DNA of 64,000 nt, taken from NCBI GenBank assembly GCA_044223005.1, contig JBGAML010000002.1, positions 273,868 through 337,867 on the forward strand. The letters run 5' to 3'. Shown here in pieces: positions 31,097 to 40,578 of this stretch (position 1 is the first letter of the stretch; every line of letters starts with the position of its first letter). The notes beneath the pieces are model-generated. The model saw only the letters and a program-made list of their open reading frames with translations. It was not told the origin of the DNA and did not search any database. The position numbers and the translations under genes are program-made. This stretch comes from Candidatus Eiseniibacteriota bacterium (lineage in GTDB: Bacteria; Eisenbacteria; RBG-16-71-46).

Positions 31097-34000
31097 ATGC
31101 GCCTGGCCTGCCTCGCCGCACTGTTCGCGCTGCTGCTGGGTGGCTCGTTCTCACCGTCGGCGGCGCGTCCCAAGGCTCCCGCGGGGCGGGACACGGTGGT
31201 CGTCCAGGCGGAGTGGGACAGCCTGATCGCGCTCCAGTCGGCGCGCCGGTACGCGGTGGTCGACAGCGTGGCGCAGGCGCTGATCGCGCGGATCGAGGCG
31301 TCGCCGCACCCGGACACGCTCGACCTCACGCACGCGCTCTCGTTCGTCGCGGCGGCGCGCTACTCGCAGCGGCTGGTCAACGACGGCAAGGCGGGCGACG
31401 CGATCGAGCGGCTGATCACGCTGCGCGCCCGGCACGTGCCGCCGGGCGAGAAGCTCATGGTGTGGGCCGAGGGCTGGGCGGCGCGTTACTTCGACGACGT
31501 GGGCCAGCACGACAAGGCGTACGAGCACGCGCGAGGGTTCCTGGACCAGCTCCGGGCGCAGTCGCCCATGGACACGCTGCGCGTCGCGGCGGCGACCCGC
31601 CGCATGGCGCTGGCGCTGCACTTCCTGGGGCGCGAATCCGAGGCGCGCGAGCAGTTCCTGCGCGCGATCGAGATCGCGCGCTCCAAGACGATCCCGACGT
31701 GGGAAGAGCAGCTCGCCACGCTGGGCGAGTACGGCCAGTACCTGAGCGATCTGGGCGAGTTCGACGCGGCGCGCGACTACCTGAACCGCGCGCGAGAGAT
31801 CGGCGAGCACCACAAGGAGGCTGCCGCCCAGCTCGACGAGGTGTTCGGGCGGCTCACCACGCTCGAGCAGCGCGTGGGCAACCTCGCCGACGCGGTGGAC
31901 CTGGCGCAGCGCTCGTACGAGCTGACCCGCGTGCGCTTCGGCGAGAATGCGGCGCCGACGCTGCGGGCGCGCGTGCGGCTGGCGTACCGGATCTCCGACC
32001 TGGGCGATCACGCCGAGGCGCTGCGGCGGCTGCGCGAGATCGCGCCGGTCATGGCGGAGCAGATCGGCCGCACCAACCCGCAGGTGATCAACGTGCGCAT
32101 CTCGGCGCTCGAGGACGCTGCTGCGGTGGGCGACACGACCGGCATGCGCGCCGAGCTGGCGGCGCTCTGGCCGATCGTCATGTCGACGGCGACGCCGCTC
32201 TCCAACGCCACCTACCTGCACGCGATGGGCTCGGTGGTCGCGCGATTGCGCGGCGACGAACGCGCCGCATGGGATTCGCTCGAAGTGGCGGTGCGCGGCA
32301 TCTGGCCGGAACGCACGCGCTGGGGCGGCCGCCTCGCCGATCTCGCGAGCGAGGAGGCGGTGCTGCTGGCGGGGCCCGGCGACCGCGACCGCGCGGAGCA
32401 GCTCTTCGCGCGCATCGACACGCTGACGCGCGAAACGAGCGCGCGCGCGGCGGCGGAGTGGCCGCACTGGCTCGAGTCGCGCGCGGGACTCGAGGCGCGG
32501 CTGGGGCTCGCGGACTCGGCGTGGACGCACGCGCTGCAAGCGGCATCGCTGCAGCGCGAACGGCTTCGCTACCAGGCCTACGCGCTCTCCGACCACCAGG
32601 CGGTGCAGCTGGCCGAGCAGTCGGTCACCTCGGGCGACGTGCTGGACCAGCTGGCGAGCGCGGGCGATCCGGCGCGCGCGGCGGCAGCGTGGGAGCAGCA
32701 GATCCGCTGGCGCGGGCTGGTGCGCGAAGAGGTGACGTCGCGGCGCCTCGCGGCGTGGCAGGCGGCGGACACGGCGGTGGCGGGAGCGCATGCGCGCTGG
32801 CTCGCGGCGCAGCGTTCGCTCGCGCAGCTCGTGGTCTCGGGTGCGGCGCACCCCGACGATCCGGCTACGGCGGAGCGCTTCGCGCAGGCGCGCGCGGCGG
32901 CCGACGCGGCCGAACAGCAGATGGGCCGCGCGGTGGGCGGCGCTTCGGTCGACACGGTGACGCTGACGCACGTGCTCTCGCACCTCTCGCCGCGGCAGGC
33001 GCTGGTCGGCTTCGCCACCGCGGGCACGGGTCGCGACGCGCGCACGCTGGGCGCGTTCGTCGCCGTGGCGGGCGGCACGCCGCGCTGGGTGACGCTGGGC
33101 GACGAGGGCGCGCTGGGCGACGCGATCGCGGCGTGGACGGCCGCGCTCGCGACGCCACCGTCGGGCGCGCCGGCCGCGATCCGCGCGGCGGAGCGGGCGT
33201 GCCGCGCGAAGGGTGCCGTGGTGCGCGAGAAGCTCTGGGCGCCTGTGCTGCGCGCGCTGGGCGACGTGACGGACGTGTTCGTGGTGCCCGAGGCCTCGAC
33301 GTGGAACGTGCCGTGGCTCGCACTGCCGGTGGGCGAGGCGGGCTACGTGGCCGACGCGCCCTACGTGGTGCACCTGCTCAACGCCGAGCGCGAGCTGCTG
33401 CGGCCGTCGCTGCCCGCGAAGGGCGGGCTGCTCGCGGTGGGCGATCCGGATTTCGACCTGACGCCGGCGGCGGCCGACACGAGCCACGCCGCGACCCGCT
33501 CGGGTGTGACGGGCTGGCCGTGCGCCGACGGACGCCCGGCGCGGCTGGAATCGCTGCCCGCGGCGCGTGCCGAGGTGCAGGCGATCGCGGCGCTCTGGCC
33601 CGTGCGCGCGGGCGCGTCCGAGCTGCGCGTGGGAAATCGCGCCGACGAAGCGGACTTCAAGCGCGAGGCGCCGGGCCGCGCGGTGATCCACCTCGCGACG
33701 CACGGCATCGTGCTCAGCGACACGTGCGTGGCGGTCGGCAGCACGGCGCTGCGCGGTGTGGGCGGTGTGGCCGCGCTCGCCGCGCCGTCGCAGTCGCCGA
33801 AGCGCGCGCCGGGCGCGAGCGCCGCCGCGCCGCGTGCCTCGGCGCCGCGACAGGTGCCGGGGCACGTGTGGCTCGCGTTCGCGGGCGCCAACCACGCGGC
33901 CGACGGCGCGCACGACGAGAACGAGGGCCTGCTTACCGCCGAGGAGGTGGCGACGCTCGACCTCGCGGGCACCGACTGGGTCGTGCTCTCGGCGTGTCAT

Positions 34001-34276
34001 TCGGGCGAGGGCGAGACGTGGCTGCGCGAGGGCCAGTCGGGCATGCGCCGCGCGTTCCACCTTGCGGGCGTGCGCACGGTGATCGCGAGCCGCTGGGCGG
34101 TGGCCGACGCCGCGACGCGCGAGTGGATGGTGGCGCTTTATCGCGGGCGCTCGCACGGGCTCGCGGCCGCGCCCGCGGTTCGCGCGGCGGCGCGTGAGGT
34201 GCTGGCCCGGCGCCGCACCGACGGCCGCTCGACGCACCCGTTCTTCTGGGCGGGTTTCGAGGCCTCCGGGCGGTAG
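31097..34276 (+). CDS. Secreted TPR-CHAT (caspase-like) protease
   Basis: Signal peptide MRLACLAALFALLLGG; TPR-like helices; VGDPDF, IHLATHG (His), VVLSACHSG (Cys), SRWAVAD, HPFFWAGF. Confidence 0.9.
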   Translation: MRLACLAALFALLLGGSFSPSAARPKAPAGRDTVVVQAEWDSLIALQSARRYAVVDSVAQALIARIEASPHPDTLDLTHALSFVAAARYSQRLVNDGKAGDAIERLITLRARHVPPGEKLMVWAEGWAARYFDDVGQHDKAYEHARGFLDQLRAQSPMDTLRVAAATRRMALALHFLGRESEAREQFLRAIEIARSKTIPTWEEQLATLGEYGQYLSDLGEFDAARDYLNRAREIGEHHKEAAAQLDEVFGRLTTLEQRVGNLADAVDLAQRSYELTRVRFGENAAPTLRARVRLAYRISDLGDHAEALRRLREIAPVMAEQIGRTNPQVINVRISALEDAAAVGDTTGMRAELAALWPIVMSTATPLSNATYLHAMGSVVARLRGDERAAWDSLEVAVRGIWPERTRWGGRLADLASEEAVLLAGPGDRDRAEQLFARIDTLTRETSARAAAEWPHWLESRAGLEARLGLADSAWTHALQAASLQRERLRYQAYALSDHQAVQLAEQSVTSGDVLDQLASAGDPARAAAAWEQQIRWRGLVREEVTSRRLAAWQAADTAVAGAHARWLAAQRSLAQLVVSGAAHPDDPATAERFAQARAAADAAEQQMGRAVGGASVDTVTLTHVLSHLSPRQALVGFATAGTGRDARTLGAFVAVAGGTPRWVTLGDEGALGDAIAAWTAALATPPSGAPAAIRAAERACRAKGAVVREKLWAPVLRALGDVTDVFVVPEASTWNVPWLALPVGEAGYVADAPYVVHLLNAERELLRPSLPAKGGLLAVGDPDFDLTPAAADTSHAATRSGVTGWPCADGRPARLESLPAARAEVQAIAALWPVRAGASELRVGNRADEADFKREAPGRAVIHLATHGIVLSDTCVAVGSTALRGVGGVAALAAPSQSPKRAPGASAAAPRASAPRQVPGHVWLAFAGANHAADGAHDENEGLLTAEEVATLDLAGTDWVVLSACHSGEGETWLREGQSGMRRAFHLAGVRTVIASRWAVADAATREWMVALYRGRSHGLAAAPAVRAAAREVLARRRTDGRSTHPFFWAGFEASGR

Positions 34277-34389
34277 CCGCGCGGCGGCTCGGCCCCCGTG
34301 TTCGCTCCGGGCGGGCGGGACGTAGGGAGAACGCGAGCCCATCCGCGCGCGGTGCGTGGGTGGTCCGACCCACCCTCGAGGAGCGCCCC

Positions 34390-37140
34390 ATGCGCCGCCG
34401 CATCGCCGCAGCGATCCTGCTCACCGCCTGCTGCTGTGCCCCGCTGCCCACGTTCGCCCAGTGCGAGCGGTGGCTGCCCGGCCCGTTCGACAATGGCACC
34501 GCCAGCAGCGTCGTCGGCAAGCTCTATTGCTCGACGTCGTGGGATCCGGACGGCGACGGGCCGCTGTTCCCGCGCCTCGTGGTGGCGGGCAGCTTCACCT
34601 CGATCGGCGGCGTCGCGACCCACAACGTCGCGTGGCGCGATCCCGCGACGGGAACGTGGAACGCGTTCGGTCCGGGGATCACCTTCACCGTCCGCGCGCT
34701 CGCGGTGCTGAACGGCCAGGTCGTCGCGGCCGGCGATGGCGACACGAATCCCGCGGCCGACGACGACAACGTCCTGCGCTGGAACGGCGTCTCGTGGGCG
34801 AGCCTGGGCGGTGGTACGGCGACGGGCAACGTGAACGCGCTCGCGGTCTGGAACGGCGAGCTCTACGCGGGCGGCTACTTCGTCGCGAATCCGTCCTGGG
34901 CCGACCCCGTCAGCAACATCGGGCGCTGGGACGAGGCGACCGCGACGTGGCAATCCGTGGGCGGCGGCACGGACGGCACGGTGTCCGCGCTGCACGCCTG
35001 GCAGGGCGTGCTCTACGCGGGCGGCTCGTTCCACCACGCGGGCGGGGTGGCCGCGAACTACATCGCGCGCTTCGACGGCACGTGGCACGCGCTGTCGAGC
35101 GAGCCGAAGTACTACGTCAACGACCTCGAGGGCGGTTACAACGGCGAGCTCCTCGCGGCCACGTCGTTCACCGGCGCGAATGGCGCGACGACCCCGGCCG
35201 TCGGGGGCTGGAACGGCTTCAGCTGGAACGTGCGGGCGGTGCAGGCGGTGCCGAGCGGCATCTTCCTGACCTGTGGCATCTACAATGGTTCGATCTACGC
35301 CGGCGGATCGTTCGAATCGCTCGATGGGATGTTGGCCGGAGGCGTGGCGCGATGGGACGGCACGCGCTGGGTGTCGGTCGGCCAGGGGGCCGTGAATCAC
35401 GCGGCGGTGATCTACGACCTGGCACCCTACAACGGCGAGCTGCTCGCGGTGGGCGACGTCCAACAGCTCGACTTCATTCCCGTGGGCGGCATCGGCCGCT
35501 GGAACGGCACGGAATGGGGAGCGTTCGGCGGCTATTCGGCGCTGAGCGTGGCGGCGATGACGCCGTACAACGGCCGCCTGGTCGCGGGCGGGTACTTCCA
35601 TGCGTACGCGGGCACGGGACCGTCCGTGTCGAACATCGGCGCCTGGCGAGGCACGACGGGGCTCTCGGCGTTCGGCACGGGGACGGACGCCGACGTCACG
35701 GCGCTGTGCGCCTACACGTCCGGAACCCTGGTGAATCCCAGCTACGAGCTGGTCGCGGGTGGGTACTTCACCGTCGCGGGCGGCCTCGCCTGCAATCACG
35801 TCGCGCGCTGGATCGAGAAGACGACCATCATCACGCCTCCGGCGTGGGCGCCGATGGGCCAGGGGTTCAACGCGGCGGTGAGCGCGCTCGAGCGCTACAA
35901 CAGCGCGCTCTATGCCGGCGGCAGCTTCACGGCCTCGGGCGCCACGCCGCTCGGCCACATCGCGCGCTGGAACACGGCGGCCAGCAGCTGGGAATCGGTC
36001 GGCAACTTCGACGGCTCGGTCGAGGCGCTCAAGGTCTGGAACGGCCAGCTCTACGCCGGCGGCTCCTTCACCAGCGTGAACGGCGTCCCGACCGGTGGAC
36101 TCGCGCGCTGGAACGGCTCGACGTGGTCCGCATGCGGCGGCGTCTTCTCCACCGGGTACGTGCATGCGCTCGAGGTCTACAACGGCCAGCTCGTGATCGG
36201 CGGGGAGTTCACCGGCGTGCCGGGCAGCCCGAACCTCGCGACGTGGGACGGCACCAGCATCTCCACGCTCGGCTCGGGCGGCACGAATCGCGCCGTCCAC
36301 GCCCTGCGAGCGGCTGGGACCCGGCTCTACGTGGGCGGCGAGTTCCTGCTCGCCGGCGGCCTGTCGTGCCAGCACCTCGCCTGGTGGGACGGGACGTGGC
36401 ACGCGATGAGCGGCGCCACCAACACCGTGGAGTCGATGTGCCTCTACAACGGTGAGCTGCACGTGGGCGGCAGCTTCCAGTACGTGGACGACGGCCTGCT
36501 CCGCGCTCCGACGTGGGCCCGCTACACCGAGACCGGCGTGCCGTGGTTCGCGACGCAGCCCTCGTCGCGCAACGTCGCGCCGGGGACGAACGTCACGTTC
36601 ACCGCGTCGCCGCCGCCGGGCTACAGCGGCTACTCGACGCAGTGGTACCGCAACGGCGTCCCGCTCGCTGACGGGTTCACGGGACATGGTTCGATCGTGT
36701 CGGGCGCGCACACGAGCACGCTCGAGATCGACTTCACCAACGGCCAGACCGACTGGGGGAAGTACCACGCGGAGATGAGCAACAGCTGCGGCAGCGTGCA
36801 GAGCGTGGACGCGACGCTGTCGTTCGACGGCTACGCCGACGTGGCGCCGGGCGGCACGCTCCAGACCGCGTTCGCCGCCATGGGCCCCAACCCGAGCCGC
36901 GGCGCGACGACGCTGCAGTACTCGCTCGCCCGCGACGCCGACGTGCGCGTGCGCGTGCACGACATCGCGGGCCGGCTCGTGTGGTCGCGCGAGCTCGGGC
37001 ACGTGGCGGCGGGCCGCCACGCCGCGGAGTGGGACGCCCGCGACGCGGGTGGCGACCGCGTGCGTGCGGGGCTCTACCTCGTGACGCTCGAGGTCGACGG
37101 CGCGCGGCTCGCGGCGCGGCGGCTCGTGGTGACGAGGTAG
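34390..37140 (+). CDS. Secreted beta-propeller repeat protein with Ig domain and FlgD-Ig/CTD-like tail
   Basis: Many V.AL..YNG.LYAGG.F....IARWDG..W repeats; Ig (TQP...QWYRNG); PNP...HDIAGR...WDA. Confidence 0.8.
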   Translation: MRRRIAAAILLTACCCAPLPTFAQCERWLPGPFDNGTASSVVGKLYCSTSWDPDGDGPLFPRLVVAGSFTSIGGVATHNVAWRDPATGTWNAFGPGITFTVRALAVLNGQVVAAGDGDTNPAADDDNVLRWNGVSWASLGGGTATGNVNALAVWNGELYAGGYFVANPSWADPVSNIGRWDEATATWQSVGGGTDGTVSALHAWQGVLYAGGSFHHAGGVAANYIARFDGTWHALSSEPKYYVNDLEGGYNGELLAATSFTGANGATTPAVGGWNGFSWNVRAVQAVPSGIFLTCGIYNGSIYAGGSFESLDGMLAGGVARWDGTRWVSVGQGAVNHAAVIYDLAPYNGELLAVGDVQQLDFIPVGGIGRWNGTEWGAFGGYSALSVAAMTPYNGRLVAGGYFHAYAGTGPSVSNIGAWRGTTGLSAFGTGTDADVTALCAYTSGTLVNPSYELVAGGYFTVAGGLACNHVARWIEKTTIITPPAWAPMGQGFNAAVSALERYNSALYAGGSFTASGATPLGHIARWNTAASSWESVGNFDGSVEALKVWNGQLYAGGSFTSVNGVPTGGLARWNGSTWSACGGVFSTGYVHALEVYNGQLVIGGEFTGVPGSPNLATWDGTSISTLGSGGTNRAVHALRAAGTRLYVGGEFLLAGGLSCQHLAWWDGTWHAMSGATNTVESMCLYNGELHVGGSFQYVDDGLLRAPTWARYTETGVPWFATQPSSRNVAPGTNVTFTASPPPGYSGYSTQWYRNGVPLADGFTGHGSIVSGAHTSTLEIDFTNGQTDWGKYHAEMSNSCGSVQSVDATLSFDGYADVAPGGTLQTAFAAMGPNPSRGATTLQYSLARDADVRVRVHDIAGRLVWSRELGHVAAGRHAAEWDARDAGGDRVRAGLYLVTLEVDGARLAARRLVVTR

Positions 37141-37323
37141 GGCAGCGGGGCCGCGCGGCGGGCAGGCTGCGCGTGAGGCGAAGCGAGGCGGGCCGGGACG
37201 CGACGAGGCGCTCCGGCCCGCGGCGTTTCGGGTGCGAACGGCGTCTCGTGAAGGAGTACGATCGGTGCGCCGAAAACGAGCGGCATCGTGTCCGACGTGC
37301 GCCCATCCCGCCCCGGAGGCCCC

Positions 37324-38334
37324 ATGCGACTGCGCTTCTCCGCCTGCCTGTTGCTCCTGACGCTCGTCGGACCGGCCGCCGTCCGCGCCGCCGAGGCCCC
37401 GTGCCCGGCCGCGATCAGCGGCTCCGGTTCGGCGACCTGGTATTCGCCGCCCGACGACGCGAGCGTCGCGTGCGGCCTGCCGGCGGTGACGCCGGGGGAA
37501 TACACCGTCGCGGTGACGCCGTCACGATGGGCGGGCTCCGGGATCTGCGGGCGCTGCCTCGAGGTGACGGGGCCGCTCGGGACCATCGTGGCCCGCGTGC
37601 GCGACGAGTGCCCGAGTTGCACGAGCGGGGATCTCGACATGAGCCAGGCGGCGTTCGCCGCGATCGGCAACCCGCTGCTCGGCATCGTTCCCATCACGTG
37701 GCGTTCGACGCCGTGTCCGTTTTCGACGCCGGTCAAGATCTCCATCGATCCGGGCTCGAACATCTACTACGTCGCATTCAAGGTCCTGGAGCACCGGTTC
37801 GGGATCGACTCCGTTCAGGTGAAGGAGAACGGCGGTCCGGGCTACTTCACGGCGCCGCGAACCACCTACGATTCGTTCGTCGCGACCACCGGCACGGCGC
37901 TGGCGTTCCCGCTCGCGCTGCGGCTCTTCGACGTGCACGGCCAGGCCATCGACGAGACCATGACGTCGGCGGACCTGGCGTCGGGCGGCGTGTACGCCGG
38001 CACGCACCAGTTCCCGAATCCGGTCTGCCTCACCGCCAGCGCGCCGCCACCCGCTGCGAGCGCCATGCCCGCGGCCGCCGCACCGAACCCGTTCGCGTCG
38101 GCGACGCAGCTGCGTTTCACCCTCGCGCTCGATCAGCCGGTGCGCGTGGAGGTCTTCGACGCGGGCGGCCGCCGCGTGCGCTCGCTCGCGAACGGCGCCA
38201 TGACCGCGGGGCCGCACGCGCTCGCGTGGGACGGGCGCGACGGCGCGGACCTCGTGGTGCCGGCGGGGCTCTACCTCGTGCGCATCATGGGCCGCTACGA
38301 GTCGCACGTCCTTACCGTCGCCCGCATGCGCTGA
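37324..38334 (+). CDS. Expansin-like (EXLX) protein with FlgD-Ig/CTD-like tail
   Basis: GSATWY, ACG, CGRCLEV, DECPSC..GDLDMS..AF..I, ITWR..PC (DPBB), CBM63-like region; PNPF...WDG. Confidence 0.85.
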   Translation: MRLRFSACLLLLTLVGPAAVRAAEAPCPAAISGSGSATWYSPPDDASVACGLPAVTPGEYTVAVTPSRWAGSGICGRCLEVTGPLGTIVARVRDECPSCTSGDLDMSQAAFAAIGNPLLGIVPITWRSTPCPFSTPVKISIDPGSNIYYVAFKVLEHRFGIDSVQVKENGGPGYFTAPRTTYDSFVATTGTALAFPLALRLFDVHGQAIDETMTSADLASGGVYAGTHQFPNPVCLTASAPPPAASAMPAAAAPNPFASATQLRFTLALDQPVRVEVFDAGGRRVRSLANGAMTAGPHALAWDGRDGADLVVPAGLYLVRIMGRYESHVLTVARMR

Positions 38335-38405
38335 CGCGCCGTTCGCGACATGGGCCGGGGCGCTCACCGCGCTCCGGCCCGTGGTGCGTGCGCGCCGCGC
38401 CGCGT

Positions 38406-40433
38406 CTATCGCACGATCTCGAAACGGCGCACGAGCGTGCGGCCCGCGGCCTCGAGCCGCGCGAAATAGATGCCGGGCGCCGGCGCCCTCCACGTCGCGC
38501 GCACGTGACCCGCGGCGTATTCGCCGTCGGCGAGCACGGCGCACTGGCGGCCGCCGACGTCCAGCACGCGAAGCCGCGCGTGACCCCGCGACGCGAGGCT
38601 GAAATCGATCGCCACCGTGCCGGGTGAGGGATTGGGGGCGATGGGGGCGAGTGCGAGTGCCGTGATCTTCGTCCGCGGGACGGCGGTCGACGCGGCGGCG
38701 GGCACGTACACGGCTTCGACGCGGTGGTTCGCGCGGACGCCGGTGAACGTGAAGCGGGTCAAGTCGCCCTGGTCGGCGCCGTCGACCAGCAGCGAGGCGA
38801 TTTCGTGCCCGGGCTGCGGCGTCGCAGTCACGGTCACGTTCGCACCGGCGGCGACCGTCGTGGGGCCCGCGGGCGCGACCGAACCGCTGCCGGTCGCCGC
38901 GGTCGTGAGCGTGAAACTCGTGGGCACGCCGTCGGGTTCCACCGCGCCGGCGTAGCCGCCCTCGAGATCGGCGCTGCGCGCGCCGCTCTCGGGGAGCAGC
39001 GTGGGATCGAACGTCGCGAACGTGGAGTCCGCGAAGCGCGGGCTCGCCCACACGAACTTGTCCGGCAGCCCGTAGCCCGGGCCGCTCGCCGGCGCGCCCG
39101 AGACGGTTCCGAGCCGGATCGCGTGGCCCGGCGTGCCGCCGGCCGAGTAGACGACGCCGCCCGAGTCCACGAACACTCCAGTCTCGGGCATCTCGATGGT
39201 CGCGAGCGAGCCCGCGGCGTTGGGGGCCGTGGAGTAGAAGATGTTGCCGACGATCTTCGTGCCCGACGCAGCCACGTACGAGTTGAACTTGGCGACGGTG
39301 GGATAGGTCGAGAGGAAGGTGTTGTGGCGGACGACGCAGTTGCGCGTGATCTTGCCGAACTGGAAGGCGATCGCGCCGTCGCAGCGGACCACGTTGAACT
39401 CGATCGTGTCGGTGTTCGCGTCCTCGGTGTAGCCGAGCCCGTAGGTTTTCGGGTTCGCGAGGTTGAAGACGTTGTGCCCGAGGTAGTGGTGGTGCACCGA
39501 ATGCTGGATGTGCCCGTCCTGCGACAGCCCGAAGTTGACGCCGGCCGTGCCGTGCGCGTTCACCACGTTGCCGATGTAGCGGTTCCACGCCGAGCTGTCG
39601 CGCCAGCCCCAGTAGGCGACCGTGTTCGCGTTCGAGTTGAAGTCGAGGTTCCAGGTGTTGCCCTGGAACGAGTTGAAGTAGGAGAAGTAGGTCTCGGAGG
39701 CGAACGCGAACCCCGAGTCGTTCTGCGTGAAGTTGAATGTGTTCCCGGCGAACGTGTTGTACTGCGCCCGCATCAGGACGATGAACTGCATGTCGGCGTT
39801 CAGCGTCTTGGTGTAGTCGAAGCGCGAGTTCTGGATCAGGTTGCCCGTCACGCGGCAGTCGTAGTCGCGCGTGTCGCCGCCGTCGGCGTTGCCCAAGTCG
39901 TCGCGCATGTTGATGTGGCAGTCGAGCCCGGAGAGCTGCAGGCTGTCGTAGACGCAGTGCTTCGCGACGGCATCGAGGCTGCCCGTGCCGTGGACGCCGA
40001 TCAGCGAATCGAAGCGCGCGACGTACAGGTTGCCGCCGAGCTTGCGGCTCGAGTACGGGCGTGAACCCGCGCCGGCGCTCGTGGCGATCCACTTCACGGT
40101 GACGTAGTCGCCCCAGTCGCCCGAGCCGCCCTGGCCCGCGCGGTCGAGCCGGATGCCCGCGACGACCGCCGAATCCGGCGCGGCCATCGAGCCGCAGTAC
40201 GTGATGCGCTGGAGCGCGGTGCCGTTGGCGTGCGGCTGGACCGGGACCGTGTACGTGCCCGGGGAGACGAGCACGAGGTCGCCGGCCACGACGCCGGCAT
40301 TGGCCGCGAGGAGCCCGGCGTCGTCGTGCACGAGCCACGTGGTGGCGTGCACCGCGGCGTGAGGGAGCGCGGCCAGCGCGAGCGCGAAAACGGCCATGCG
40401 GGCACGCGCGAACGGGGGGGGAGCGAGTCGCAT
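38406..40433 (-). CDS. Secreted parallel beta-helix protein with InlB-B-like repeat and CTD-like tail
   Basis: Asn-rich N.F.GN repeats; ATPQPGHEIASLLVDG; PNP...LDVGGR...PGIYFARL. Confidence 0.65.
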   Translation of the reverse strand: MRLAPPPFARARMAVFALALAALPHAAVHATTWLVHDDAGLLAANAGVVAGDLVLVSPGTYTVPVQPHANGTALQRITYCGSMAAPDSAVVAGIRLDRAGQGGSGDWGDYVTVKWIATSAGAGSRPYSSRKLGGNLYVARFDSLIGVHGTGSLDAVAKHCVYDSLQLSGLDCHINMRDDLGNADGGDTRDYDCRVTGNLIQNSRFDYTKTLNADMQFIVLMRAQYNTFAGNTFNFTQNDSGFAFASETYFSYFNSFQGNTWNLDFNSNANTVAYWGWRDSSAWNRYIGNVVNAHGTAGVNFGLSQDGHIQHSVHHHYLGHNVFNLANPKTYGLGYTEDANTDTIEFNVVRCDGAIAFQFGKITRNCVVRHNTFLSTYPTVAKFNSYVAASGTKIVGNIFYSTAPNAAGSLATIEMPETGVFVDSGGVVYSAGGTPGHAIRLGTVSGAPASGPGYGLPDKFVWASPRFADSTFATFDPTLLPESGARSADLEGGYAGAVEPDGVPTSFTLTTAATGSGSVAPAGPTTVAAGANVTVTATPQPGHEIASLLVDGADQGDLTRFTFTGVRANHRVEAVYVPAAASTAVPRTKITALALAPIAPNPSPGTVAIDFSLASRGHARLRVLDVGGRQCAVLADGEYAAGHVRATWRAPAPGIYFARLEAAGRTLVRRFEIVR

Positions 40434-40578
40434 CGCGGAAGAGTCCGTGTTGCCGGCCCCGCGATGCAACGAACGTTCGCGTCAATTCCGAGTTTCGACA
40501 CGCAAACGTTGCGCTCGACTGGGGTCGCGTTCGCCCGCGCTGAACGCGCGGTACGTGCGGGGCGTGTATCGTGTCGCC

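Noticed and set aside
40470..40479. Palindrome CGAACGTTCG upstream of polB as an SOS box
   Set aside because: Lacks the 4-nt spacer of the GAAC-N4-GTTC box, and the LexA motif of this lineage is unknown to me.
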